Source: an uncultured Acidobacteriota bacterium | GTDB lineage: Bacteria; Acidobacteriota; Thermoanaerobaculia; UBA5066; DATFVB01 | Reading direction: 5' to 3' | Assembly (NCBI GenBank): GCA_963813155.1 | Contig: CAWEYG010000003.1 | Span: forward strand, 416,001 to 480,000 | DNA length: 64,000 nt | Shown here: in pieces, positions 43,046-52,265 of the stretch | Layout: each line of letters starts with the position of its first letter | How positions within the stretch are numbered: the first letter of the stretch is position 1 | Notes under the pieces: generated by a model | Told to the model about the DNA's origin: nothing | Databases searched by the model: none | Seen by the model: only the letters and a program-made list of their open reading frames with translations | Made by a program: the position numbers and the translations under genes

Positions 43046-44413
43046 ACGGGAAAGAAGGAGGAATCGATGAAAGCAAGTCAGCCGATCGTCCGGGTTCTGT
43101 TACGAACGGTTGTCGTGGGTCTGCTCGTCGGGTGGTCTCCGGTCGTCGCTCGAGCGGCCACCGGGGACTTCGGAACTCTCACGGAGTATTCGATTCCGAC
43201 GCCGAATAGCGAACCAGGACAAATCACCCTCGGCTCAGACGGAAACCTCTGGTTCACGGAGAATTCCAAGATCGGGCGAATCACCCCTTCGGGGACCGTC
43301 ACAGAATTTGACACTTCAACTCCGGATTGGGCCTCCCAGGGGCATCGCGGCGGGAGCGGACGGCAACCTCTGGATCCCGGTCTCCGAATTCGACTTCGGA
43401 ACGGGCGCGCTCGTCCGGATGACGACTTCCGGCGCCGTTGTTGATTTCTCGTTGACCGGCAAGTTTCTCTCGCCGTGCGGCGTCGCTTCCGGCCCGGATG
43501 GAAACCTGTGGTTGACGCAGTGCAACGGCTCGTCAATATCAATCGCCCGGATGACGCCTTCGGGCGACCTGACGACGTTCCCGCTCCCGGAATCGGGCTA
43601 CTTCTCGATCACAATCGCCGCAGGCCCCGATGGCAATCTCTGGTTCACGGACCATCTCAACCCGTTGATTTGGCGGATCACAACCACCGGCGTCTTCACT
43701 CCGTTCTCAACCTCGAGTGTCGTCGGCGAGATTACACGAGGTCCCGACGGCAACGTCTGGTTTACGGAGCCCGACGCCATCGGCCGAATCACGCCGTCGG
43801 GCGTCTCTCCGAATTTCCCGTCCCCACACCGGCGAGCGGATCCCGGGAATTGCCGCCGGACCCGACGGCGCTCTCTGGTTCACCGAGTCCAACCCCGACC
43901 GGATCGGCAGGATCACGACGGCTGGCGAGATCAGCGAGCTCATCCTGCCGGCGCCGGGCGCGAATCCATCTCCTCATCCGCAAGGGATCGCGGCCGGCCC
44001 GGACGGCGCAATCTGGTTCACCGAACCCGGATTCGAACAAGATCGGGAGGCTGGCTCTGACCAACCCCGGCCCCTGCGTGCCGAGCTCGGAAGACCTTTG
44101 CCTGCTCTCCAACCGATTCAAAGTCTCGGTCAGCTGGTTCGACCAGCATGCCGGCGGAATCTCCGGGACCGGCACGACCCTCCCCCTCTCCGACGGCAGC
44201 GGCTCCTTCTGGTTTTTCCGGCCCGACTGGGCCGAGCTCACTGTCAAGCTCATCGACGGACGAGGCTCGAACGGAAAATTCTGGTTCTTCTACGGAGCGC
44301 TTTCGGATCTGGAGTACACGATCACCCTGACCGACACGACGACCGGGAGCGTCCGCACCTACCACAACGACCCGGGCAACATCTGCGGCGGCGCGGACAC
44401 AAACGCGTTCTGA
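42672..44413 (+). repeat. Direct repeat of about 375 bp: 42672..43045 and 44039..44413
   Basis: The copies align end to end by eye; differences are largely at third codon positions. Confidence 0.9.
43067..44413 (+). CDS. Secreted Vgb (virginiamycin B lyase)-like beta-propeller protein with conserved C-terminal module (apparent frameshifts)
   Basis: Signal peptide; repeats [52 protein letters not shown]; C-terminal module ending [10 protein letters not shown]. Confidence 0.85.
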
Positions 44414-44478
44414 CCTCACCCCCCGGTCCCCCTCTCCAGCTGGAGAGGGGGTGGCCGGAGGCCGGGGGTGAGGTCAGA
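44409..44478. repeat. Palindromic element between convergent genes (same family as 3484..3597)
   Basis: Outer IR TCTGACCTCACCCCC...GGGGGTGAGGTCAGA; inner hairpin CCCCTCTCCA-GC-TGGAGAGGGG. Confidence 0.8.
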
Positions 44479-44917
44479 GGCTCTCCAGAATCGCTTTCGG
44501 ATGGCTCTTTGGGTCCACCTTCGCGTGGGCCTGGAGAACCTTTCCGTCCGGGCCGATCACGTATGTGATGCGCTTCGCCGCATTCGCCGCCGGCGAGTCG
44601 CACGCTCCGTACGCCATTCCGATCTCGCGCTTCACGTCGCAGAGCAGCGGAAACGGGAAAGAGAACTTCTTCGCGAAGGCCGCGTTCTCGGCGGGCGTGT
44701 CGAACGAGATGCCCCAGATCTCGGCGTTCTTTTTCTGGAATTCCGGGTAGAGGTCGCGGAACCCGCAACCCTCGAGCGTTCAACCGGGGGTGTCCGCCTT
44801 CGGATAGAACCAGAGCACGATCGTTTTGCCTCTCTGATCCGAGAGGCGGACCGTTTCTTCTCGATCGTTTTCGACTTCGAAATCGGGAGCCGGATCTCCG
44901 ACGGAAAGCATGATCAT
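44474..44917 (-). CDS. bcp: BCP/PrxQ peroxiredoxin, probable selenoprotein (UGA at 44782-44780)
   Basis: [11 protein letters not shown]...[24 protein letters not shown]...WGISFD...FPFPLLCD...[12 protein letters not shown]...ILESL*. An alternative start at 44986 is possible. Confidence 0.88.
44750..44773 (-). promoter_or_regulatory. Putative bacterial SECIS hairpin
   Basis: Begins 6 nt after the UGA: GAGGGTTGCGG-GTT-CCGCGACCTC, about 10-bp stem with G at the start of the apical loop. Confidence 0.65.
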
Positions 44918-44982
44918 TTCCCCTTTCTTTCGCAGAGCTTCTTTCACGGCCCGGCCGGCCGTCCGGAGCAAGCCCATCGCCT

Positions 44983-45570
44983 TCATCCGCGGGGCATCGC
45001 CGCGTCTTCCGGCCGGTTCCAGTTGGAAAACGCCTCCGGGCCCGCAACGCGGCCCCAGGCGTTTTCCTCTTCAATTGTCCCCTCGCATTCTGTCACGAGT
45101 TCGTAAATCGAAAGCTCTCCCCGCGCCGCGTTCCGCTCGAATGTGTCGAGAACCGACGGCCGGTACGCGGCGCAGAGACCGTGGATCTTCCCGCCGGCTC
45201 GCAGAACGACGCACGGAGCGTCGCCTGCGAGGAGGCGTTGCGCGACGTGGTCGACGAGGACTTCCGGAAACAGGGGAAGATCGACGGCGAGGACGAAAAC
45301 GGGCCGCCGGAGCGCCCGAAGGGAAGCCGCGATTCCGAAGATCGGCGCGCCCACCCCGTTTCCGTCCGTGATGACCGGATATCCCAGGGACGCGAACGGA
45401 GCGGCGTGCTTCGCAGAGATCCGCACGTCGGAAAACACGCGCGAAAGGCGCTCGAGCTGATGCGCGATCAGGGGCTTGCCTCCATAGTCGAGCCAGGCCT
45501 TGTCGCGGCCCATCCGCGCAGACTCCCCGCCCGCAAGCACGACGCCCGACATCTCGGTGATCACGTCCAT
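44983..45570 (-). CDS. mobA: Molybdenum cofactor guanylyltransferase
   Basis: GVVLAGGESARMGRDKAWL, PIFGIAASL, VLAVDLP, FSNWNRPED. Confidence 0.88.
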   Translation of the reverse strand: MDVITEMSGVVLAGGESARMGRDKAWLDYGGKPLIAHQLERLSRVFSDVRISAKHAAPFASLGYPVITDGNGVGAPIFGIAASLRALRRPVFVLAVDLPLFPEVLVDHVAQRLLAGDAPCVVLRAGGKIHGLCAAYRPSVLDTFERNAARGELSIYELVTECEGTIEEENAWGRVAGPEAFSNWNRPEDAAMPRG

Positions 45571-45579
45571 CGCTCGCCG

Positions 45580-45999
45580 CTACTTCAGCGATCTCAGATA
45601 TGCGACAACGGCGGCCGCGTCTTCGCGCGTCATTCCGAACTGCTGCATCGGGAGCTGCGGAGGAGTTCCGCCGCGGGTGACGCCTTCCGTCAGCAGGCGG
45701 ATCGCCTCCTCGTCGGTGTATCCCGCGAAACCGCGAATGTTCGGCGCCGCGAACGCCCAGGGCTGACCCAAAAACGGCGACCGCAGGGGAATCGGAGCGC
45801 CGGAGAGCGTTCGGGTCATCACGAGATTTCCGGTCTCGTCCCGGGGGGTGTGGCACTGCCCGCAACGGGACAAATGCTCCACGATGTACGCGCCGCGGTC
45901 CGACGGGGCCGCCGCGGCCCTCGCGGCGGGCCGTTGAACCGCGAAGAGCGCGCCCGCCGCGAGCGCGATTCCGGACCCGGCCAAGATTCGGATTCTCAT
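45580..45999 (-). CDS. Monoheme cytochrome c
   Basis: Signal peptide, RGAYIVEHLSRCGQCHTPR, APNI, PMQQF, AVVAYLRSL. Confidence 0.88.
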   Translation of the reverse strand: MRIRILAGSGIALAAGALFAVQRPAARAAAAPSDRGAYIVEHLSRCGQCHTPRDETGNLVMTRTLSGAPIPLRSPFLGQPWAFAAPNIRGFAGYTDEEAIRLLTEGVTRGGTPPQLPMQQFGMTREDAAAVVAYLRSLK

Positions 46000-46046
46000 C
46001 GTTCCCTCCCTGCAGCCCGAGGGCCCGATGCTAGCATCCGAAAAGG

Positions 46047-46739
46047 ATGATTTCCCTTCTGATTCCGATCCGCGGCGAGCCGGCGATCGCCGCCTGCGCA
46101 TTTTCGCGACTCGGCCCGGAAATCGAGATTCTCGTCGCGGACGGGGACCGTGCCGGCGCGGCTGCGGCCGCCTTTGAAAAGATCGGAGCGCGCGTTCTGT
46201 CGTTCCCGGGAAGCAATCGCGGCGAACGCCTCGCCAGCGCCGCCCGCGAGAGCCGGGGCGACATTCTCGCGTTCCTCCATTCCGACTCGCGCCTTCCGGC
46301 CGGCGCGCGCGAGACGATCGAGGACGCCGTGCGCTCCGGCGCTGCCTGGGGAGCATTCCGGCTGGCGTACGACGACGACTCCCCTTCGCTGCGCTGGATC
46401 GCCTGGTGGGCGAACCTCCGAAGCCGCGTCTTCCAGCTGCCGTTCGGCGACCAGGGGGTCTTCTGCACTCGCGCGGCGTACGAGCGGACCGGAGGCTACC
46501 CGGAGCTCCCGATCTGCGACGACCTCGCGTTCGCGCTGAGGCTCCGGAGAGTCGGCGGCTTCCGGCTTCTTCCCGGTGCGTGTGTGACTTCGGCGCGGGC
46601 GTACCGGGGACGGAGCCTTCGGCAGGTGCTCACGAACTGGAAGGTGATGACCGGGTATTTTCTCGGAGCCCGGCCGGAGACGCTGGAGAGGTGGTATCGG
46701 GCAGCTGGACGTCTATCGTCGCGGGAGACGAGGCCCTAA
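46047..46739 (+). CDS. GT2 glycosyltransferase, TIGR04283 (rSAM/selenodomain-associated transferase 2)-like
   Basis: [58 protein letters not shown]. Confidence 0.8.
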   Translation: MISLLIPIRGEPAIAACAFSRLGPEIEILVADGDRAGAAAAAFEKIGARVLSFPGSNRGERLASAARESRGDILAFLHSDSRLPAGARETIEDAVRSGAAWGAFRLAYDDDSPSLRWIAWWANLRSRVFQLPFGDQGVFCTRAAYERTGGYPELPICDDLAFALRLRRVGGFRLLPGACVTSARAYRGRSLRQVLTNWKVMTGYFLGARPETLERWYRAAGRLSSRETRP

Positions 46740-47956
46740 ACCATCTTCAGCAGGTGCCCCATCTTGTTCTTCTTCGCCTCGAGGTATTTCTGGGTGCGCT
46801 CGGTCGGCCGGACCTCGAGCGGGACGCGCTCCACGATCTCCAGCCCGTAGCCGTCGATCGCGACGTACTTCGAAGGGTTGTTCGTCAGGAGCCGCATTCG
46901 TCGGACGCCGAGGTCGCGCAGGATCTGGCACCCGACGCCGTAGTCGCGGATGTCCGGGGGAAACCCGAGCTTTTCGTTCGCGGAAACGGTGTCGTCGCCC
47001 CGGTCCTGCAAGTCGTACGCCTTGAGCTTGTTGAAGAGGCCGATGCCGCGCCCCTCCTGCAGGAGATAGAGCAGCACGCCCTTTCCCTCTTCCGTGATCT
47101 TCTCCATCGCGAGACGCAGCTGCACGCCGCAATCGCACCGCGACGAGCCGAACACGTCGCCCGTGAGGCATTGCGAGTGCACGCGGACGAGAACCGGCTC
47201 GTCCTCGGCCCACTCCCCCGCCACGAGCGCGACGTGCTCTTCGTGCGTCACCTCGCTCTTGTACGCGACGATGCGGAACTCTCCGAAATCGGTCGGCAGG
47301 TTCGGCGCCGCGATCCGCTTGACGAGCCGTTCCGTCTGCATCCGGTAGCGAATCAGGTCCGCGACCGAGATCATCGTGAGGCCGTGCGCCGCGGTGAACT
47401 TCTGGAGATCGGGCAGGCGAGCCATCGTGCCGTCGTCGTTCATGATCTCGCAGATCGCCGCCGCGGGAGTGAGGCCCGCGATCCTCGCGAGATCCACGGA
47501 AGCTTCGGTCTGGCCGGCGCGCTTGAGCACCCCGCCCGGCGCCGCGCGAAGGGGAAACATGTGGCCCGGGCGCAGCAGGTCCGACGGCTTCGTCGCCGGA
47601 TCGATCGCGACGCGCACGGTCGCCGCGCGGTCGGCCGCGGAGATCCCCGTCGTCACCCGCCCGCGCGCCTCGATGGAAACGGTGAACGCCGTTCCGAACG
47701 GCGAAGTGTTCTCCTCGACCATCGGAGGGAGTCCCAGCTCGTCGCAGCGCTCCGACGTGAGCGAGAGGCAGATGAGGCCCCGCCCCTCCCGCGCCATGAA
47801 GTTGATCGCTTCGGGAGTGACGCGCTCGGCGGCCACGGCGAGGTCGCCTTCGTTCTCTCGGTCCTCGTCGTCGACGATGACGACGAACTTGCCGGACCGG
47901 AATTCTTCGATCGCGCGCTGAACGTTTTCGAACGCCGCTTCGTCGGCCCGGGTCAT
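46736..47956 (-). CDS. ribBA: Bifunctional DHBP synthase / GTP cyclohydrolase II
   Basis: [68 protein letters not shown]. Confidence 0.96.
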   Translation of the reverse strand: MTRADEAAFENVQRAIEEFRSGKFVVIVDDEDRENEGDLAVAAERVTPEAINFMAREGRGLICLSLTSERCDELGLPPMVEENTSPFGTAFTVSIEARGRVTTGISAADRAATVRVAIDPATKPSDLLRPGHMFPLRAAPGGVLKRAGQTEASVDLARIAGLTPAAAICEIMNDDGTMARLPDLQKFTAAHGLTMISVADLIRYRMQTERLVKRIAAPNLPTDFGEFRIVAYKSEVTHEEHVALVAGEWAEDEPVLVRVHSQCLTGDVFGSSRCDCGVQLRLAMEKITEEGKGVLLYLLQEGRGIGLFNKLKAYDLQDRGDDTVSANEKLGFPPDIRDYGVGCQILRDLGVRRMRLLTNNPSKYVAIDGYGLEIVERVPLEVRPTERTQKYLEAKKNKMGHLLKMV

Positions 47957-49317
47957 GAATTCTCCAGGACGGAGGCTTTTTCCGCGCTCTTCGGAGCCTT
48001 CGGGACGAACGGCTGGTCGGAAAGGACCTGGCGCTTGCCGATCTCCCGAATGAGCGTTTTCGCGAAAATCTCGAACTGGTGCGCCGCAGCCAGAAAAGTC
48101 TTCGTGGAGCAGTCGCTCGAGAAACCGGCGGCAAAGCGGTCGAACACCGACCAGTCCTTGAACATGAGATAGCGCATCGCTTCCCGGCGAAAACCGGCGA
48201 GCTCCTCGGCGAAGTCCTCGAGCCGCTTTTGGTCCGGGATGTCCTGGAATCGCCGGCAGGCGAGCACGAGCTCCCAGAGGTCCTCCCGGAGGCGCAGCGA
48301 CTGCTGGCGCCGGGTGAGGTGCTCCGGAAACACCCGTTTCGGGTCGACGGGGCCGGCGTACGTCTCCGCGAGGGCGAGGATGTTCTGCTGAAAGAGGTCT
48401 TTCAGAATGCCGCAGGCGTTTTCCATCCGCTCCTGCGCCGTTCGCGACTCCTTCAGGCGCGCGACGTCGACGAGCTCACCCTCCATCACCTTGCGTAGCT
48501 CCATCTCCGTGGAGAAGAGCAGCCGGTCGAGCACTTCCGCCCGCTTGGAATCGGCCGGCTCGCCCGCGAGCAGCCGGCTTCGGATGTACTCCGAAAGCGA
48601 CCGCGCGAGGGATCCGATTCGGGAGAACAGCACGAGCGTCCGGCGACGCGACGAGGCTCGAACGATCGAAGCGGAGGCAACGTCCGCGTAGTGCAATCCC
48701 TTGAACAGCCCGACGAAGAGGGTCCCCAGCTCGCGCTTGGACCTCCGGTCGGTGACCCGATTCATGACCCGCGCGAGAGTCCGGCGGTCCGCCGTGTCGA
48801 ACAGCGGGAGCAGGTCCTCGCGAAAGAAAATTCCGAGATTGGAGTCTTCGCGAAGGGTCCGAATGAGCGCCCGGCCGATCGAAACGTACGTCGGCTGGCC
48901 GATGTACCGGGAGTGGGAGAGCTCTTCGAGAACGCGCACGAAATCCTCGATCTTCTCCACGGCCTCCGCGATCTTCACCTCCGGCTGGGCCACCCGCGGC
49001 CTGCCCGGGTCGCCCGGGTTGCGCGCGACCTGGTGCTCGAGATACTGCAGGAAATTTGCGAAGTCTTCCTTGCCCTCGCCGAGGAGGCGCTGCGTCACGC
49101 GCCCCACGTAGACGAGAGCGTCGCGGGCGACGGAAATCTCGTCGACGTAATTCCGGATCGCGGTCCGTCCCCGTTCCTCCGGAGACAGGGCGAGGTTCTC
49201 CACCTGAAGGAAGGCCTCGATCCCCTTGAGCCAGGTTTCGAGCTCGAAAAGAGAGTCGTATCGGACCTTCTTGGAGAAGAGCTCGGGATGTTCGAAGAGG
49301 GCCGCCCGGGATGCCAT
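47953..49317 (-). CDS. Hypothetical soluble, predominantly alpha-helical protein (454 aa)
   Basis: Long ORF with protein-like composition ([14 protein letters not shown]...MRYLMFKDW...[11 protein letters not shown]); stop overlaps the ribBA start. Confidence 0.75.
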   Translation of the reverse strand: MASRAALFEHPELFSKKVRYDSLFELETWLKGIEAFLQVENLALSPEERGRTAIRNYVDEISVARDALVYVGRVTQRLLGEGKEDFANFLQYLEHQVARNPGDPGRPRVAQPEVKIAEAVEKIEDFVRVLEELSHSRYIGQPTYVSIGRALIRTLREDSNLGIFFREDLLPLFDTADRRTLARVMNRVTDRRSKRELGTLFVGLFKGLHYADVASASIVRASSRRRTLVLFSRIGSLARSLSEYIRSRLLAGEPADSKRAEVLDRLLFSTEMELRKVMEGELVDVARLKESRTAQERMENACGILKDLFQQNILALAETYAGPVDPKRVFPEHLTRRQQSLRLREDLWELVLACRRFQDIPDQKRLEDFAEELAGFRREAMRYLMFKDWSVFDRFAAGFSSDCSTKTFLAAAHQFEIFAKTLIREIGKRQVLSDQPFVPKAPKSAEKASVLENS

Positions 49318-49343
49318 TTCCCTATTCTACCGCTTGTTTTCGG

Positions 49344-52265
49344 CTAGAAGGGATACCCGATCGAGACAAAAAGCTGCGATTTCGGCTCCGTTCGCCGGAT
49401 GGTCTGGCCCGTGTCGGAGATCTGGCCGGTGTCGGGATTGAACCTCAGAAGGGGGACATCGAAAGTCCGGGGCCGCAGGACCTGCCCATACTCGAGGCGG
49501 ATCGGCCCGACGGGCGTCAGGTAACGGAGGCCGATCCCGGCGCTCTGGCGCAGCCCGTCCGCGCCCTCGAGCCGCCACCGGACCCGGTCGTCCATCCAGA
49601 CCTGCGTCGCGTCGTAGAACAGGGTCCCGCCGAGCGCGCCGACGATCGGGAATCGCCATTCCGCGTTCCAGCCGGCCGTCGCCGCGCCCCCGATCAACCG
49701 GGGGCCCTTGTCGCAGTCGAAGTTCGTGTCGAAGGAGCAGCTCCCCTTCCCGGGCTTTCCGGCGGCCTGCTCGATGACGGAATAGTCCACGGTCTGGCCG
49801 GAAATTCCGGAAAGGTTCGTGTCGAATCCGCGATTCGACGTCCGGCCGCCCGAAAAGAATCGCTCCGCGATCGGTATACACGGCAGGGCGGACTGCTCCG
49901 GCGAGCAATTGCCCGGCACCCGGATGGCTCCGGCCCGGGCCGAAACCGCAAGGACGCCGCCGAGGACCTTCTGGTAAGCGGAGACCTGCGCGTATCCCTT
50001 CAAATACTTCGCGTCGGCGGAAAGCGAAGGAACGGGGAACGCGTATTTCAGGAACGAGCTGACAAAGACGCCCCGATGCGGGTCGATGATCTCGTCACGG
50101 GCGTCGTACAGCGCGTTGACGCCGATCGTCGCCTCGGAAATGTTCCGGTCGAAAGGCTGGATCTTCTCGAGGTCGAGCGGGCTCTCGCTGCCCACGTTGA
50201 TGCGCTGGAACTCCACGCGCGATCCGAGTCGGATTTTCGGCGACACCTGCTTGTTCCCCTCGAGAAACGCGCCGCGGCGCTGGATGTCGATGTTCGAGAT
50301 CGGCTCCCGCGCGTAGAAGACCGTCGCCGTGAGGGGCAGGTCGAAGCCGAACAGGAAGGGGTCACGGTAGTTCAGGAAGACCCGCCCGCGCTTCGTCAGC
50401 GGAGCGTACCGCGACTCGAGCGAGATCGACCGGAGCGTTCCGAACAGGTTGTTGTACCCGAGGCCGAGGATGAAGAAGGGGCTTTGATCCCCCGTCGTGT
50501 CGTCGTACTGGTAGCCGAGGCCGTACAGGAGCGACAGCGGCCGGGCTTCCGCGACGTCGATCAGGACATTTCGTTCCGGCGTCGTCGGATCGGGCAGGGA
50601 AGGGCGAACCTCCACCTTCTGGAAGACCCCGGTGCGGGAGAGCTCCCGCTGGGCGTCGAGCATCTTCGTCTCCGACAGCGGATCGCCCTCACGCCAGCGG
50701 ATCGGAAATTCCACCCTCGAGCTTCGCGTCCGCGTGTTTCCGCGCACGATCGTCTTCCCGAAGAACTCTCTCGCGCCTTCGGTCACCAGATACGTCACCG
50801 ATGCCTCGGTACGGTCGGGCGTGAAATTCACGCGGGGCTCGACGGCGGCGCGCGTCCAGCCGTGGTCGCGGTAGTAATTGACGAGCGAAGCCTTGTCATC
50901 GTCGACCTTCTGGTCGTCGTAGGGCTGGCCCAGGCGGACCCGCAGGAGCTTCTGCAAGTCGGCCGGATCCGTGTGCGTGCTCCCCTCGACCCGGACCTGC
51001 CGGACCGTCGTCGCCGTCCCTTCGGTGACCCGAAGCGTCAACCGGAGGGCGCCCGTCTTCTTTCCGGGCGCGAGCTCCGGGGGCGCCACCGCCGCCAGCG
51101 TGTAGCCGTGCGTCCGATAGAAGCCGACGACCGCGCCCCGGTCTTCTTCCAGGACGGCATCGACGAGATAGCCCCGGTGGAAAAGCGACCGGGGCCGCGT
51201 CAACAGCAGCCGGCGGACGGTCTTTTCGGAGAAGGATTGAACACCCTCGACCTGCACCGCCTCGAGCCACTCCCGGGGACCGCGCACGACCGTCAGGACG
51301 ACCGCCTCCTTCCCGGGAGTCTCCTCGATCGAATAATCGACGACGGCTTTCCGGTAACCGCTCTCCTGATATTTTCGCCGGAGAGCGTCGACGTACTGGA
51401 TGAGAAGATCCTCCTGGAACACCTGGTCTTTCAAAAGATTCAGAAAGTCCTTCTGCACCCTCTTTTCCTCGACCCCTTTCGTCTCGAAGGTCACGAGCGG
51501 GCCGATTTCCACGCGAAAGACGGGGGCCGCGAGGTGGTTCTTCGTCTCGACGCCGATCTGCCGAACTTCCGCCTTCAGCCGCCCCTGCTGGAGCAGATAC
51601 GCCTGGAGCGCCTGCGCGCTCTTTCGGGCCCGTTCCTCGCGGTACCGGCTTCCCGATTTCCAATGCATCTTCCGCAGGAACACGCTGGCCGCAAAAGGCG
51701 CGATGTCGCCGTCGAACACCGGATCCGCGAGCCGGGTCGGCGGACCCGGCCGGATCCGGTACGTGATCTGCGCCTCGAACTCGGTCCGATCGAGGATCGA
51801 GGAAGCGGCCACTTCCGCCTCCGAATACCCTTCCGTCGCGAGGAGCCGCTTCAGGCGGCCGACCCCCTCTTCCATTTCCGCCGCCGAATAGGGATCGCCG
51901 ATTCCATATCCGAGCGAGCGCCTCAGCTCGTCCGCCGACACGGGGTTGCTCTCGAACCGAACCCGGCCCACCCGATAGGCTCGGAAAAGGTGCAGCGTCA
52001 GCTCGATCCGTCCTTCCCCGGCGGCCTCTTCCTCGACCGCGATTTGCGCATAACGCTCCGTCGCCGAAAGATTCTGGATCGTTCGCCGCACGGCATCGGG
52101 GTCGAGGGCCGACCCGGACCGGATTTCGATCAATTTCTCCACAGTCGGATCCGCCGGACCGTCGCTGTCGTACGAGACGGAATCGACGACGGGAACGCTC
52201 GCATCCGCCGCGGGCAGGGGCGCCGCCGCGGCGCGCAGGGCAAAAGCGAGGAGGCCGGCGATCAC
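49344..52265 (-). CDS. Omp85/BamA-TamA family outer-membrane protein with multiple POTRA domains
   Basis: Signal peptide; repeated POTRA motifs (YRTHGY, YRDHGW, IVRGNTRT); ERFFSGGRTSNRGF; GIGLRYLTPVGPIRLEYG; terminal IGYPF. Confidence 0.9.
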   Translation of the reverse strand: MIAGLLAFALRAAAAPLPAADASVPVVDSVSYDSDGPADPTVEKLIEIRSGSALDPDAVRRTIQNLSATERYAQIAVEEEAAGEGRIELTLHLFRAYRVGRVRFESNPVSADELRRSLGYGIGDPYSAAEMEEGVGRLKRLLATEGYSEAEVAASSILDRTEFEAQITYRIRPGPPTRLADPVFDGDIAPFAASVFLRKMHWKSGSRYREERARKSAQALQAYLLQQGRLKAEVRQIGVETKNHLAAPVFRVEIGPLVTFETKGVEEKRVQKDFLNLLKDQVFQEDLLIQYVDALRRKYQESGYRKAVVDYSIEETPGKEAVVLTVVRGPREWLEAVQVEGVQSFSEKTVRRLLLTRPRSLFHRGYLVDAVLEEDRGAVVGFYRTHGYTLAAVAPPELAPGKKTGALRLTLRVTEGTATTVRQVRVEGSTHTDPADLQKLLRVRLGQPYDDQKVDDDKASLVNYYRDHGWTRAAVEPRVNFTPDRTEASVTYLVTEGAREFFGKTIVRGNTRTRSSRVEFPIRWREGDPLSETKMLDAQRELSRTGVFQKVEVRPSLPDPTTPERNVLIDVAEARPLSLLYGLGYQYDDTTGDQSPFFILGLGYNNLFGTLRSISLESRYAPLTKRGRVFLNYRDPFLFGFDLPLTATVFYAREPISNIDIQRRGAFLEGNKQVSPKIRLGSRVEFQRINVGSESPLDLEKIQPFDRNISEATIGVNALYDARDEIIDPHRGVFVSSFLKYAFPVPSLSADAKYLKGYAQVSAYQKVLGGVLAVSARAGAIRVPGNCSPEQSALPCIPIAERFFSGGRTSNRGFDTNLSGISGQTVDYSVIEQAAGKPGKGSCSFDTNFDCDKGPRLIGGAATAGWNAEWRFPIVGALGGTLFYDATQVWMDDRVRWRLEGADGLRQSAGIGLRYLTPVGPIRLEYGQVLRPRTFDVPLLRFNPDTGQISDTGQTIRRTEPKSQLFVSIGYPF

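Noticed and set aside
43200-44040. Periodic GGCCCCGACGGCAAC...TGGTTCAC repeats resembling a CRISPR array
   Set aside because: These are degenerate coding repeats of beta-propeller blades ([10 protein letters not shown]), with no identical repeats and no cas genes.
42672-44413. Duplicated 375-bp segment as a DGR template/variable repeat pair
   Set aside because: Differences are mostly synonymous and not adenine-specific, and no reverse transcriptase gene was seen in the window.
43067-44413. Streptogramin B resistance gene (vgb)
   Set aside because: Only the fold and repeat pattern are similar. The signal peptide and extra C-terminal module argue for a different extracellular function.
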